From Protoeuglena noctilucae (Eukaryota), in assembly GCA_958009085.1 (NCBI GenBank), contig OY253670.1:1178001-1242000 (forward strand): a DNA stretch of 64,000 bases, given 5' to 3'. The translations under genes and the position numbers were made by a program. The notes beneath the pieces are model-generated. The model searched no databases. It was not told the DNA's origin and saw only the letters and a program-made list of their open reading frames with translations. Of this stretch, positions 50,586 through 62,434 are shown piece by piece (the first letter of the stretch is position 1; each line of letters begins with the position of its first letter).

Positions 50586-53500
50586 ATGGCGGAGTTGCAG
50601 GTGCACAGGAGGAGCACCAGCGACGTGCGGGACCCTCTGAACCGCCTGCGGGCCCAAGTGCTCGAGGAGAGCGGAGCTCCGGACGAGCTGGTCCATGCCT
50701 CCACTCGCCCCCTCAACGACGGCCTGGGGCGGCCGTCTTTGGCCGACCCCCGCGGTTCCACCGCGTCTACTTCCGTCACCCCCCTGTGAGCGGCTCGGTA
50801 CCTGCGCACATGCGCGACCGGGCCCCGCCACATGAGTGTCATAGTTGCTGTGATCTCCTCGCGGTGCGATCCGGCCACCTTGCCTCCCGCTCGCGCAGGG
50901 ACGGGGGCCCCCCGGCAGTCCCCCCGGTGCGCTCCGTGCTGAAGAGGTCCGGCTCGGAGGCGGGGGCTAGGCTGAGGAGCGGAAGTCACGAGCGTGAGTT
51001 CGGCTGGCTGAGCCTTGCCGGCAAGAAGCGCGCGGGCAGGCCAGCAAACATTTGCGGCATCTCCCCCCCTTGCAGCCGTTATGGACGGGCGGCGGGCGAA
51101 TGGCGCGCACACGATTCCAAGTCAAGGTTCGCGCGGCTCCGCGGCCTGGCCGGCTGCCCCCCAGGTGTCCGAGCCGGGCGACATGAGCACCGGCACGGGC
51201 ACGGCCGCACCCAAGGTGGGCTTCCGCCGCTCCCCGCCCCGGCCGCGCTGTGGTCTTGCTTTCTTGCATCTCATCTGGTTCAGGCATGCTTGCTTCAAGC
51301 GGCCGCAACGCGCCTCTCGCAGGTCACGGGCCGCCTGCTGTCGTGGTCGCTCCTCACGCGCGGCCGCGCGGTCGCCGGAGCGGGCGCGGCGCAAGAAGGG
51401 GCTCTCGCGGGTTCGTCTTTCGTGCCCGCCGCGTCCTCCCCGCCGCGCGCCGCGTCGCTCGTGGCGCTGTCGCAACCGTCCCGCCTTGCCGTGGTTCCCC
51501 TGGAGGAGGATTCCGAGGGAGAGCGGCAGGCGCTGCGGGGCGCCGACGCGGCCGCGCAGCAGAGAAGGACGGGCGCGAAACCGCAGCGGCAGTCCCACCC
51601 CGGCGAGTCCTCCACGTCGGGCGTTGCGACGCGCTGGGCCTCGGCCCGCCTCTCCAACCGCACCGCCCCGTCCGCGCCGTCCGTGCCCTCCGGGACAGCC
51701 ACGGCCGCGGCGGACCCTCCCCCCACCAAGCTCCCCGAGGCCTACTCCTCCGGCGACCGTTGGTTCGAGTCGGCGTCCGGCCGGGGCCCCTTCAGCCTCT
51801 CGGCCCTGGCCGCGCACGTCGCCTACAGCTGGCCCTGGATCTCCGTCGTCTTCGTGGCGCAGCTCTACACCCTCGCCGTCCTCCCCGTCTGGTCTTGCTG
51901 GGCCGTGCGGGGCCTGTACCACCGGTGGGTCCTCCTGGGCGCCATTGAGAACTTCGCCATGGCCGCCGTGTTCTTCGTCGATGCCCTCCTGCACACCCTG
52001 GCGCGCGGGGTCGAAAGCGTCGATGGCCGCGTCTCCGTCAGGAACCGCATCGTGCTCCTCGCCATGGACTACGTGGTCCCGGCCGTCTTCGTCCTCAATG
52101 GCATCGTGCCCTACTTCAACCGTGGCCTCTTCCTCGCCCACCACAACGCGGTGCGTGCTCCGCTGCTCCCCGCCAGCTGATCTCAGACCGGATGCTGAGC
52201 GTCGACACCCCAGCGCCCGTCAGGTGCCCCCGCGCATGCCGGCTCACGCGCACACACCGCCCCTGACCCGCACCCGCAGTCGCACCAGGTGGCGCTGACC
52301 GTCTACTACGGCCGCGACCAGACCTCCTTCCCCCGCATCTTCACTCTCTTCGAGATGCTCCTCAAGCTCTCCTTCCTCAAATGGCCCCGCATCATCGTCA
52401 CCGCCCTCGTGGCCTGGTCCCGGCGGTCCCCGCGCAGGCGCCACGCCGCGCTCGCGGCCTCCGACCAGTCGCGGCCCTCCGTGCTCGCCCGAGAAGTCAA
52501 CCAGCTCTCCCTCATCCTCGTGCTCGCCTTCGCCATCCTCACCGTCGGCATCTCGGACCAGGCCGACATCGAGGCCACCTACGTCAACGAGCTCTTCCTC
52601 GTGAGTGCCGCCGATGACCGGCGCGACGCGCGGCCGGGCCACCGCCCTCGCCTGTCACCCCGCCTTGGTTGCGCGGCCACCCCGCCTCGGCATGCCCGGC
52701 CCGCCTTTTGCTTGCAGTTCATCAGCGACGTGCAGACGATCGTGACGCTGATGATGTGCACGACCCCGGACGCGTTCGGGCAGGTGGTGAAGGCGCTTGG
52801 GAGCGACGAGCCGAAGATCTACCCCAACGCGCAGCCGGGGGGCGGCAGCGTCATCCTCAGCACCGAGTGCCCCGGCCGGGCGTTCGAGATGCCCGTCCCC
52901 AGCGTCTCCACGCTCCCCCAGCGCGTGCTGCTCTTCTGGCACGACTACACGCACGGCTGCGTCGCGTCGCTCGACGTGTCCCACTGGGCCGACAACCTGG
53001 CCAACCAAATTTACGTGGAGCGCACCGTCTGGCTCGGGCTCACCTTGGGACTCGCCGCGGTCGTCTTCTTCACCCACCACGTCGTCCTCGTCCGGCCCCT
53101 CGAGGCCCTCCTCTCACGCATCGTCGCCACCGGTGCGCCGCGCAGCGCGGGATGCGCGTGGCATGTACGGGTGCCTTGCCTCGCTTGCCCCAGCAGTCTC
53201 GCGGCCGGGCATGGGATGGGCAGTCTCCCAACACACAGAGCACCGCAGTGGACACTATCTCTAAGCAGGCTCGTTGCTGGCTCGTTCGTGACCAAGCGCC
53301 CCGTGCACCGTGCCGCCCGCAGCGCGATACCTGGAGCAGGACGGGACGCTTCTGGACGTGAACCACGACCTTCCCGAGTTCCGGGAGGCCTTTGCTTCCC
53401 CCGACGACATGTTTGCGGTCGGGGCCCGCAAGCCCGAGGCGCGCAGGCTGACGATCGAGCAGGCGGTGGAGCGGGTGGCCAACCTCACGGCGCACATCAT

Positions 53501-55873
53501 TCGCGCCAGCTGGCAGCCGGGCGGCGCGGGTCTCCGGGCGATCCTCCGCGACGTGCGGCGCCGCAAGTACGACCCCATCTTCAAGGAGGTGGTGGCCGCA
53601 TTCGTGTCGAACAAGGGCGGCCTCGCCCAGGGGAGCTTCTTTATGTCGCCCCGGTCCCGACGCACCTCGGGCATCACGCGGTTCGCCATGGAGGCCGCAG
53701 CTGCACCCAGCCGGGGCGTCAGCATGTGCAGGTGGGCTGTTCTGTCAGCATGTGCTGTTCTGTCAGCATGTGCAGGTGGGGCCGTTGCATCCACTGCGGC
53801 CGCTCTGCAGGGGCGGGTGCTGAGTAGAAAGCTCGCAACGTCGCTCTTGTCTCCGCGCCGCTCCCGCAGCCAGGACTCCGCCAAGATGACGCGCAGCCGC
53901 ATCCTCGAGGGCGGCAGCCACGCCAACTCCACGGCCCGGGGCCTGCCGGGGATTGACCTCGCCGACCTGACGCAGGAGATGCCGGGGATGGGCATTGCAG
54001 TGGGGCAGCACCTGCAGGAGGTCCTGGCGCGGCTCGGGGAGTGGGACTGGAACGTGCTCCAGCTGGACTACTCGGCCCTGGCGCCCGTGTGCGTCGTGGT
54101 GAGGGGCGGGGCGGGGCGGGGTGGGGCAAGAGAGCGATGTGCAGGGCGCTGCAGCGCGGGGGTGGAATGGCAGTGTGTATCCCATCCGTCGCCACACACC
54201 CCACGCGTCACAGCGCGTCGCTGTCGCCATCTGCCTCCCACATCTGACGCGCCGCGCATCCAATACGCACTGTGCCCCTTGCCCCCTCGCAGATGTTCCG
54301 CATCGCCCGGCTGTCCCACCTGTGCGAGCCCGGCACCCTGGAGGCCTTCGTGGACGCGGTGCTGGACACCTACAACTCTGTCCCGTACCACAACGCCTGG
54401 CACGCCGTGGACTGCCTGCACTCGATGATGGTCCTCTTAAGCACCTCCCCCGCCTTCTGCCGTCAGCTCTCCGTCCTCGACCGCTTCGCCCTCATGGTGG
54501 CCGCCCTGACGCACGACGTGGGGCACCTGGGCGTCAACAACGCCTTCTTAGTGGCCAACCGGGACCACCTGGCCCTCATGTACAACGACACGGCCGTGCA
54601 GGAGTCCATGCACTGCGCTTTGGTTTTCCAGATCGCCCTGCAGAGGGACGGGTGCAACATCTTCGCCAAGCTCAAGGACGCGGAGTTCGCCAGGCGAGTG
54701 GGGTAGCAGAGAGGGGCGGGTGGATGGGGGCAATGAGAGCGGGGTCTTGCTAAGTGATGATGCTATCTAAGCGGTCGCAGTCGGCATGCTCGCCTTCGCT
54801 TTCACGCACTCGCATGCTCCCTGATGCCGCCTGACAACACCCCGCCAGTTTTGTCCCGCAGTGTCCGCGCGTCCATCCTGTCGTGCATCCTGGCCACCGA
54901 CATGGCCCGACACTTCCCCCTCATCACCCAGCTCCGCCTGCTGGCCACCCGGGACCCCCCCAGCTCCGGCACCTCGTCTACCATGGGCGACACCGCGACC
55001 GACCCCCCGGCCCTGGGCTCCACGGCTCCCAACAGCAAACGCCAGCCTCCGTCGCCCCCCGGGGCGGGCGTCCTGGGGCGGTCCCCAATGAGCCCGGAGG
55101 ACCGGGTGCTGCTGATGAATGCGTCGCTGTACGCCGTGGACGTGGCCAAGTGCGGGAAGAAGGAGGAGCTCGCCCGGCTGTGGGGCGGGCGGCTGATCGA
55201 GGAGTTCTGGGCGCAAGGTGAGTGATGGGGCTGGGAGAGGGAGGGGATGGGGTGGGGAGTGGTCGGGGCAGAGGTGCACGCGAGGGGTATGTGCGTATGA
55301 AACCGGAGACGCTCTCTGCTGCTGATGGCATGCCACGTTGGCAGTGGTGGCTGCCAACGTGTCGCCTGCGAGTGCCTGCATTTATGCAGTCAACCTGACC
55401 CGGCACCTCCTGGCCCGCAGGGGACCGGGAGCGCGCGCAGGGCCGCACCCCCAACCGCGTCTTCGACCGCACGGCGTCGTCAGCGGCAGAGTCGCTGCTG
55501 GGCTACTGCGAGGTCATCGCGCTGCCCATCCTGGGCGCCGTGCACGACCTCATCGGCTCCCCCGCCACCACCATGATGGCCAAGGGCACCCTGCAGGCCT
55601 TCGTCATGTGGACCAAGGAGCAGCATGCCGCGCTGCGGGCCACCCTCCACGCCGTCCTGCACGAGCGGACCGAGGAGGACGGGCCTGATGCCCAGCGAAC
55701 GCCGCTCCCCGTCTGGGGCACCGAGGGGGCCTCGTCGCGCGGCGCGCCGGTGCCCGCGCCCCACCCGAGGGCCTCGGCGGACCTTCCCCAGAGCACCGCG
55801 GCAGACGACGGCGGCATCGCCCCCGCGCAGTCGCTGCCCGTCTCGGGCGTGGCCCCGCTGGCGCGGCGCGCGG
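50586..55873 (+). CDS. Multi-TM class I cyclic-nucleotide phosphodiesterase (3' end runs into the gap)
   Basis: PYHNAWHAVD, HDVGHLGVNNAFL, YND..VQESMH, LATDMARHF and EEFWAQ|GDRE. About 6 hydrophobic segments lie upstream. 5' exons are uncertain. Confidence 0.88.
53718..53780. repeat. Short duplication of an exon end plus donor in the PDE gene
   Basis: gtcagcatgtgcaggtggg at 53718-53736 and 53762-53780, with a partial copy at 53744-53755. Confidence 0.85.
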
Positions 55874-56073
55874 NNNNNNNNNNNNNNNNNNNNNNNNNNN
55901 NNNNNNNNNNNNNNNNNNNNNNNNNNNNNNNNNNNNNNNNNNNNNNNNNNNNNNNNNNNNNNNNNNNNNNNNNNNNNNNNNNNNNNNNNNNNNNNNNNNN
56001 NNNNNNNNNNNNNNNNNNNNNNNNNNNNNNNNNNNNNNNNNNNNNNNNNNNNNNNNNNNNNNNNNNNNNNNNN
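55874..56073. other. Assembly gap (200 N)
   Basis: Run of N that hides the 3' ends of two convergent genes. Confidence 1.
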
Positions 56074-57280
56074 AAGCCGTTCGGCTTAGGGGCGTCCCCG
56101 GCACGCAGCGGAGCTCGCCGCCTGCACTGGGCCCGCACCTGGGCCCGTGCTCTGGGCCAAACATGTCCAGGAACTCCCGCTCCTCCGCCAACTCCTGCCG
56201 CCGCGCGGCGCGGACGGCCTCTGGGATCCACGGCGAGTTCCAAATTCATATATCTGCCAACCGTGCCCGCGTGCGGCGGGTGCTTGTAACGGCGCAGGCG
56301 CAGGCGCTCACCCGAGAAGGCCGTCTGCCGCGTGACGGGGTCCACGTACCCCGACAGCCTCGTCGACAGCGCCCGCCTGGTGTGCGTGAGCGCCGACTGC
56401 GTGGCGCGATCCAGCGCTCGCTCCTTCTCTGCTCGGGTTAGCACCGTGGTCGTGTTCCACCCGCCCCCAAAGGCGAGCTTGGTGAAGGTGATGGACCGGG
56501 ACTGCGGCGCCCCCAGCGTCCCCTCTGCTTCCTGCTCGAACCTGCGATTGCAACACCGGGGTCTCTGAACTCGCTGGGCCTGCACGGCGCCGCAAAGGGC
56601 CCCGCATGCAACCTTCGCACGGCCGGCCCGCGCACCTCTCATTCGACCGGAAGGTCTGCTTGTGGTCTTTGGAGCGCGGGTGGAACGACTCGACGTCCGT
56701 GTTCCACTGGCGCCAATGCGACCACCGGGTCGTGAACTTGTTGGGGTCGATGTGCACCGACTGGCTCCACTTGGGCGGGTGCAGGCCCAGGAAGTCCGGC
56801 GCGTGCTGCGGGAGAAGGCCGGGGGTGAGATTTTGTCAATACATACGTTCGAGAAAACCGGATCACGGGCAGCTCAGGAAGTCAGGGGCTCGGCACGCCC
56901 CAGAGTGGCCGCTGCGCCGCGCACCTTCTCGAGTACGTCTTGCCGGACCCTCCGGACCGCCTCCGGCATCTCCGGCAACACCCGCTCGTTTCGCTCATAA
57001 TCCAGACGTCCTGCGTGTGGAACAAAACGGGGGAAGCGATCTCGCGGCGCCGACCGGCCGCCCGACATGTGCGGCGGGTTCTTGGGATCTGGGGACTTCG
57101 ACAAATACCATACCGACATCTGCGCCAGGCACCTGTGTAGCGCAGAGCTCGGCCCGGCTCAGCGGACGCGTTCTTAAGCAGGCTTTGGGACACATTCGTG
57201 CCGTTCGTGCCATGCAAGAGGCCTCCCCGGGTCGGGGACATCGGGGACGACGCCGCGGACGTCAGAAAGTCCTGCGCCAT
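56074..57280 (-). CDS. Uncharacterised protein (3' end in the gap)
   Basis: In-frame splicing gives MAQDFLT...RYTG|RLDYERNERVLPEMPEAVRRVRQDVLEK|HAPDFLGLHPPKWSQSVHIDP...; no family recognised. Confidence 0.6.
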
Positions 57281-57631
57281 CGGGCCTTCGCAGCGTTCAT
57301 GCGCCGCGAAGGCGCCGAGCGGTCCTGCGGGCGACCTGCCTCGTGTAGACGTTACCCCAACCTGGCCTGGCCCCCGCAAACGCTGCCTTGGCTCTCTGTC
57401 TGTCCTACACGCGACAATGTTGCATGTCCTGGCCCGGGCATCTCTCCTCCAGGGCAAATGCCATGTGTGTCACTGCAACACATGTCTGGCAACAAGGGAA
57501 CCGGCAGATTGACCTTCGCCCAGCCAACTTGCGACCTGTGCGTGCGTAGGCCGCGGCGGGCAGTGCCGTGCGGTGCGGTGTTCTGCCGGATCGCGCCGTA
57601 GCGAACACGCACACGCGTGATCTGTGCGCGG

Positions 57632-59493
57632 ATGTCTTCCACACGCACGGCGGCCGGCTTCTACAGCCCACCCAAACCACGGGAGACCAAGGACCCGGCA
57701 CCAGCGCCGCCGAAGCCTACAGCTGCGCATGCGATGGAGACCACACAGCCTCCCGCACCAAGGCCGGCCCAGGTGGGCCTGGACTCGTGTGGTTGTTGCG
57801 ATGCGTGCATGCTGCGTCGAGTGACATGATTGCGCCGAATCATCGTCGCCAGCTAACAATGATAACGCAGGATGCGACACCGCCGCGGAGCACAGAGAAG
57901 CTTTTGGCTGACCTGGAGAGGAATTTCGAGCTAGTGGGGACCGTGGAGCGCCTCACCCTGGAGAACGCCACGGCGCGCGAGACGATCAGGGCCTTGCAAG
58001 CGAAGGTGACGATTTACACCGCCCCCAGTGGTTTGCCGCTGGATCTCTCCTGTCGCCTACGTGTGCAGATGCATGCATGTCGTGGGTGTGCTGCGCGGCT
58101 GTCCATCGCGGGCGGATCGGGGCCAGGATTCGTTGCCCCCTGCAGCTGGAGCGTGCGGAGGAGACGGCGAACGAGCTGAGGGCCCAGAAGCGCGCTCTCT
58201 CGGATGAGAACGTCGCGTTACAGGGGCGGGTGTCGCGCCTGGAGGAAGACGTGGCCATGCTGCGCAGGCGGCTCGGCGGAGCCACCGGCGACGCTGCGCC
58301 AGCCACGGCGGCTCCGGCGGAGCGCGCGCGCGATCCCCCACCGCGACAGGCGCAGGACATCTCGCTCCAAGATATCATCCAGCTGCTGTCGGGCCGGCTG
58401 GGCGGGGAGGCCGTCGTCCGCGCCCCGGCAGTGGCCCGCATGCTGGCCGCAGCGTCGGGAAAAGCCGATCCGGCAGAGGCAGAGGCGCCGAGCGAAGGAG
58501 CGGGCGTGGACCCGAACGACGACGCCGTGCGGAGCCCCGTGCGCGAGTATGCGCGCGCTCTGCAGCGCGCCAGTGACCTGGGAGAGATTTTGCAAGCGGG
58601 GGCCTCAGCAGAGGGCGCCGTGCGACACCTCAGGTGGGGTGTGACCCCATGCTCTAAACAGCCCGATGGAGTCGCCAGCTGTGTTCGTGCCGCCCAAACC
58701 CACGCTTGGCTCACACCCTGTGCACCGATTGTGCCCCCAGTGAAACTTCCATCCTCCGGCACTACGGCTTGCTGGGGGAGGACGCCGCCCCTAGGCCGCC
58801 TGCATTGCCGGAGCCGCACGCCTGGGAGGAACCCGAGGGGGAGGTCGACCCCCTGCTGGCCCGCGCACGCGCTTTGGTCCGGAGCCTTCACCTGGCGGAC
58901 GAGCCCACGGGTGCCGGCCCGTCCTCCGCGGCAGTCGCGCCTCCGCCCGGCGTGCCGCTGTACGGGTCCGCGCTGGGCGTTTCGGGCGCGACGCCCGCCA
59001 CCGTGTTCGGCCGGCGGGCGGCGGAGGAGGACGCGGCACGGCGCCGCCTCGAGTTCTCCACGTGGGGCGCGGGGACGGACCTTTCGTCCGTGGGACCGGA
59101 CGCGCAGCCCTACGCCCGGGACGGCGACTACGCGAATTTGATACGTGAGGTCCGGGAGGCCGCCAGCCGTGCGCAGGAGGCGGCGCTGGGATACTCTGGT
59201 GAGAGCTGAGCTAGCGATGGTCACTGGGGGGCGCTTTGCAGACGAGGGGCGGTTGGTACCGATCGCTGCGCCTGTCCCCGCACGCAGCCAGCCACTCGCA
59301 CGTGGCTTCGCCGGCAAAGCCGTCCCCGCCTGCGACGCGGGCGCCCACGGCGTCCGTCGATCCCAGTCGAGTCAGGGGTAACAACCCCTACTTGTACCCC
59401 GGTGGCTTTGCCGGTCGCGGGGGGCACGGCCACCCCTCGGTGTCGTTTGCGCCTGATGGCTCGCTGCTCTCCCCGTCAGGGGGGCGCTTGTGA
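57632..59493 (+). CDS. Uncharacterised coiled-coil protein
   Basis: Five exons join in frame. Heptad region LERNFELVGTVERLTLENATARETIRALQAK|LERAEETANELRAQK. Confidence 0.65.
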
Positions 59494-59594
59494 CGACGCA
59501 CATGCAGGCACGCTTCAGACGACAGCCGCCGCTCAGTTTTGGTCAGGACGCAACCGTCGGCGTAGACGTTTAAGCTCGCAGAGGGCGATGGGCG

Positions 59595-60420
59595 TCACGA
59601 AGGTGCCGGACTAGCGCAGGACGGCGGGTCGGGCATCAACGAGGTTTTCGCTCGCTTGCATGATTCCTCCTTGTGCCACAGAGCACTGTGCCGACCGCGC
59701 CGCTTCCTTGCCCCGACCTCCATCCCTGCAGCAGCGCCCGTGGCGCCTGGCACGAAGAGTCCGTCCCTGGGCTCCAGCTCCTCTATGGCCCAACGCGGCC
59801 CCTCGGCGATCGGGGCGTCCACGAAGCTCTCCGTGCACTCCAAGTCGTCCTCTCTCTGCCCTGAATCTCCCGCCGCACTCGCGAGGCGCATCGTCTCGGG
59901 GCACCGGGCGAGGGGCGCAGGCTGGGCCTGGACCACAGAGATGCAGGAGCCAAAGCCGGCTTCGCTGGGCCGTGAGGTGCCGACTGCGAGGAGGGGATGA
60001 GGACAGGGATAGGGTTACGGCTGGCAAGGACCTTTGTCGTCATTCGTGCACCTCCCCATGCCCACCCTCACCGCCCCATCGACGCCAGGTGCGGCTCGAG
60101 ACCCCGGCGTCGCTCATGGAGGCGCAGCACTCGACGGGTGCTCGGGGTGGGATGGAGAATTGGCGCACCGTGCCCTCCTCTGTGTTTGTTGCAAGGCTCT
60201 GGGCGGCCACGGGCTCGCCCGTCCTGCAGCTGGCGAAAAGCACGGGATGTTCGGGCGCCAGAGGGCAGCTCTCACAAGAATCAAGTCCCGAAGTCACCCA
60301 CATATGCGCCCCGGTGTGGTGTGACAGGCGCGCACACCTGATCGGCTGGTTTGCGCGCTGCAGGGCCGTATCGCTGACCAACTGCATTGCTTCAGCTAAC
60401 AATATCAACGATAGTGGCAT
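59595..60420 (-). CDS. Putative small uncharacterised protein
   Basis: Two GT-AG introns join three frames (QPIR|TGEPV...RRWG|VGTSRP...EDDLECTESFVD). Both ends are uncertain. Confidence 0.4.
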
Positions 60421-60794
60421 TCGTCCCTGCGACCGACCCCCCCTGTGGCCGCATCCGACGCGGCCGGCGGCAAGGCTGGGTGCTCGAACCGACCCCGTCG
60501 AAGACCGGAAGTGGGATTTGAGCGCTCGAGCAAGTAGGATTGTGTCGGAGATGAATGACTGGATACCTGGACAAGGCAGCACACACTGGACGCGGATGAT
60601 CCGACGGCAGTCCGACCACCTGTCCCAGCCTGACAGGTGTCCCGTGCCCCGTACTGGGCGGGAAAGCCAAGATGGACCAAGATGGATGCCCCTCCGAAAG
60701 GGGGGGCCCAGAAAAAAAAGCCAACGTGCCCTGCATCAACACTTGCCCCATCGCTTGCCCGATCGCGTCGTCTTCGACTTCAAATCAGCCACTC

Positions 60795-62127
60795 TCAGGC
60801 CAGGAACACCTTTCCCTTGCGCGCCGGCTGCTGCGAGTGCGCGATGGCCTCCGCCCACTGATCGAGAGAGTACTTGGCCCCGACGAAGGCCTCCGGCTTG
60901 ATGACCTTGGTCTCGATCAGCGACATGACCTCCTGGAAGACCTTCTCTCGCCTCGCAGCGTCCATCGCCTCCAGGTAGGGCACGAGCCAGAAGCCCCGGG
61001 TGCCGGTCTGTGCGAAGAGGGCCTGGGCGGCGTCCATCTTGGCCTCCATGCCGCTCATGAGGCCGTACATGAACACCGTGCCGTTCGTGCCCAGCGCCCG
61101 CTGCAGCTGCGCCGTGGCGTCGCCCGCGACCGCGTCGAACCCAGCGACGCATCCCCGGCCCCCGGTGGCCTCCTGGGCCGCGGCAGTGACGTCCGCCGAC
61201 TGCTCAACCACCAGGTCGGCGCCCAAGGCCTTGAGGTCGGCGACCAGGTCGGGACGGGCCTCGCGGACCACGTTGATGGTGTGGATGCCGCGGTGCTTGC
61301 ACAGCGAGATCATCTGCCGGCCCAGCGTCGACCCCGCCGCGTCCTGGATGACCCAGTCGCCCGCCTTGGCGCCCGACAGCTCCAGCATGCCGTACACCGT
61401 CACCGGGTTGACGAGGAACTGCGCGGCGGCCTCGTCAGACACCGACGCGGGGACCCGGATGAGGTCGCCTTCGGGGAAAGGGACGTACTCGGCCCAGGTG
61501 CCCTTGCCACGGGCCGCGGGGAAGCCGGCCGTGGCCACCCGGTCGCCCTTGGTGAACCTGCGGGCACCGTCGGGATGGCATGGCATGTGTGGCCAGTGGC
61601 ATGCCAGCGGGGGCTCTGCTCGGCAAGGCGTAGGCGCAGGGCAGCAGGGCACATTGCAGGGTGGCCTGTCTAAGGCGGCCTGCGGAGCCTGCTCTCACGC
61701 ACCGAGCGCTCTTGCTCTCCTCGACGACGCCGACGCCCTCGAGGCCCGGGATGGCCGGGAGCGGGGACTGGAAGCCGGGATAGACGCCCAGGATGGAGAA
61801 GACGTCTGCGGGGTTCACGGGCCGCAACGTCATCTTGACCAGGACCTCGCCCTCCCCGATCGTCGGCACGGGCACCTCCTCCGCCTTCGTGCCCTCCATC
61901 CCCTTCTCGTGGACCCTGCGGGGCGAGAATCGGGACACGTTTCGAGAAATCCTTGGCACAAGACTTACATCATCGTAACGCTTCTCGATGCGTCGGCATC
62001 CGGGTCTTGATGAGGCCACTGGAAACACTGGAAGCCATAAACGGTGCAACGAGAGGCGGCCGCGAGCCAACGAGAGCGTTCTGCGCTCAACAGCCAGCGG
62101 ATGGCAGCCGCACCTGACGGCCTTCAT
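60795..62127 (-). CDS. NADPH-dependent MDR oxidoreductase (enoyl reductase MECR/ETR-like)
   Basis: MKAV|RVHEKG...PVNPADV...YP...PGLEGVGVV, GTWAEY, NPVTVYGML and QDAAGSTLG. Two introns. Confidence 0.88.
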
Positions 62128-62434
62128 TTCCTCTCTCAAGCTGTTCTCGGACAAAAGCGACGTTCTCCCAGGACGTCGTGCGTCGATGCCAATGTATGCT
62201 GCTGCGCGATCCAGACCCCAGGCCCTTCTGCGGGCTGGTACACTCGCCAGTGCACGATGGTGCCAGTGTTTGGCGAGCGGGACCAAACCGGGCGCTGGAT
62301 CCGCGGCGCAGCACAGAGACATCTGCCCGCGATCGTGCGGAGCAACAGCGTGGAAGGCGGGCCCAGGGGAGTTGAGACTCGACACACAGGGGCAGGCGGA
62401 GCAGGTCGCCGCGGGCGAGGGTGCTGCCCCGACG

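Noticed and set aside
54754..54824. Box C (GTGATGA) and box D (CTGA) in a PDE intron
   Set aside because: No terminal stem or recognisable rRNA/snRNA guide; such short motifs are common in these TG-rich introns.
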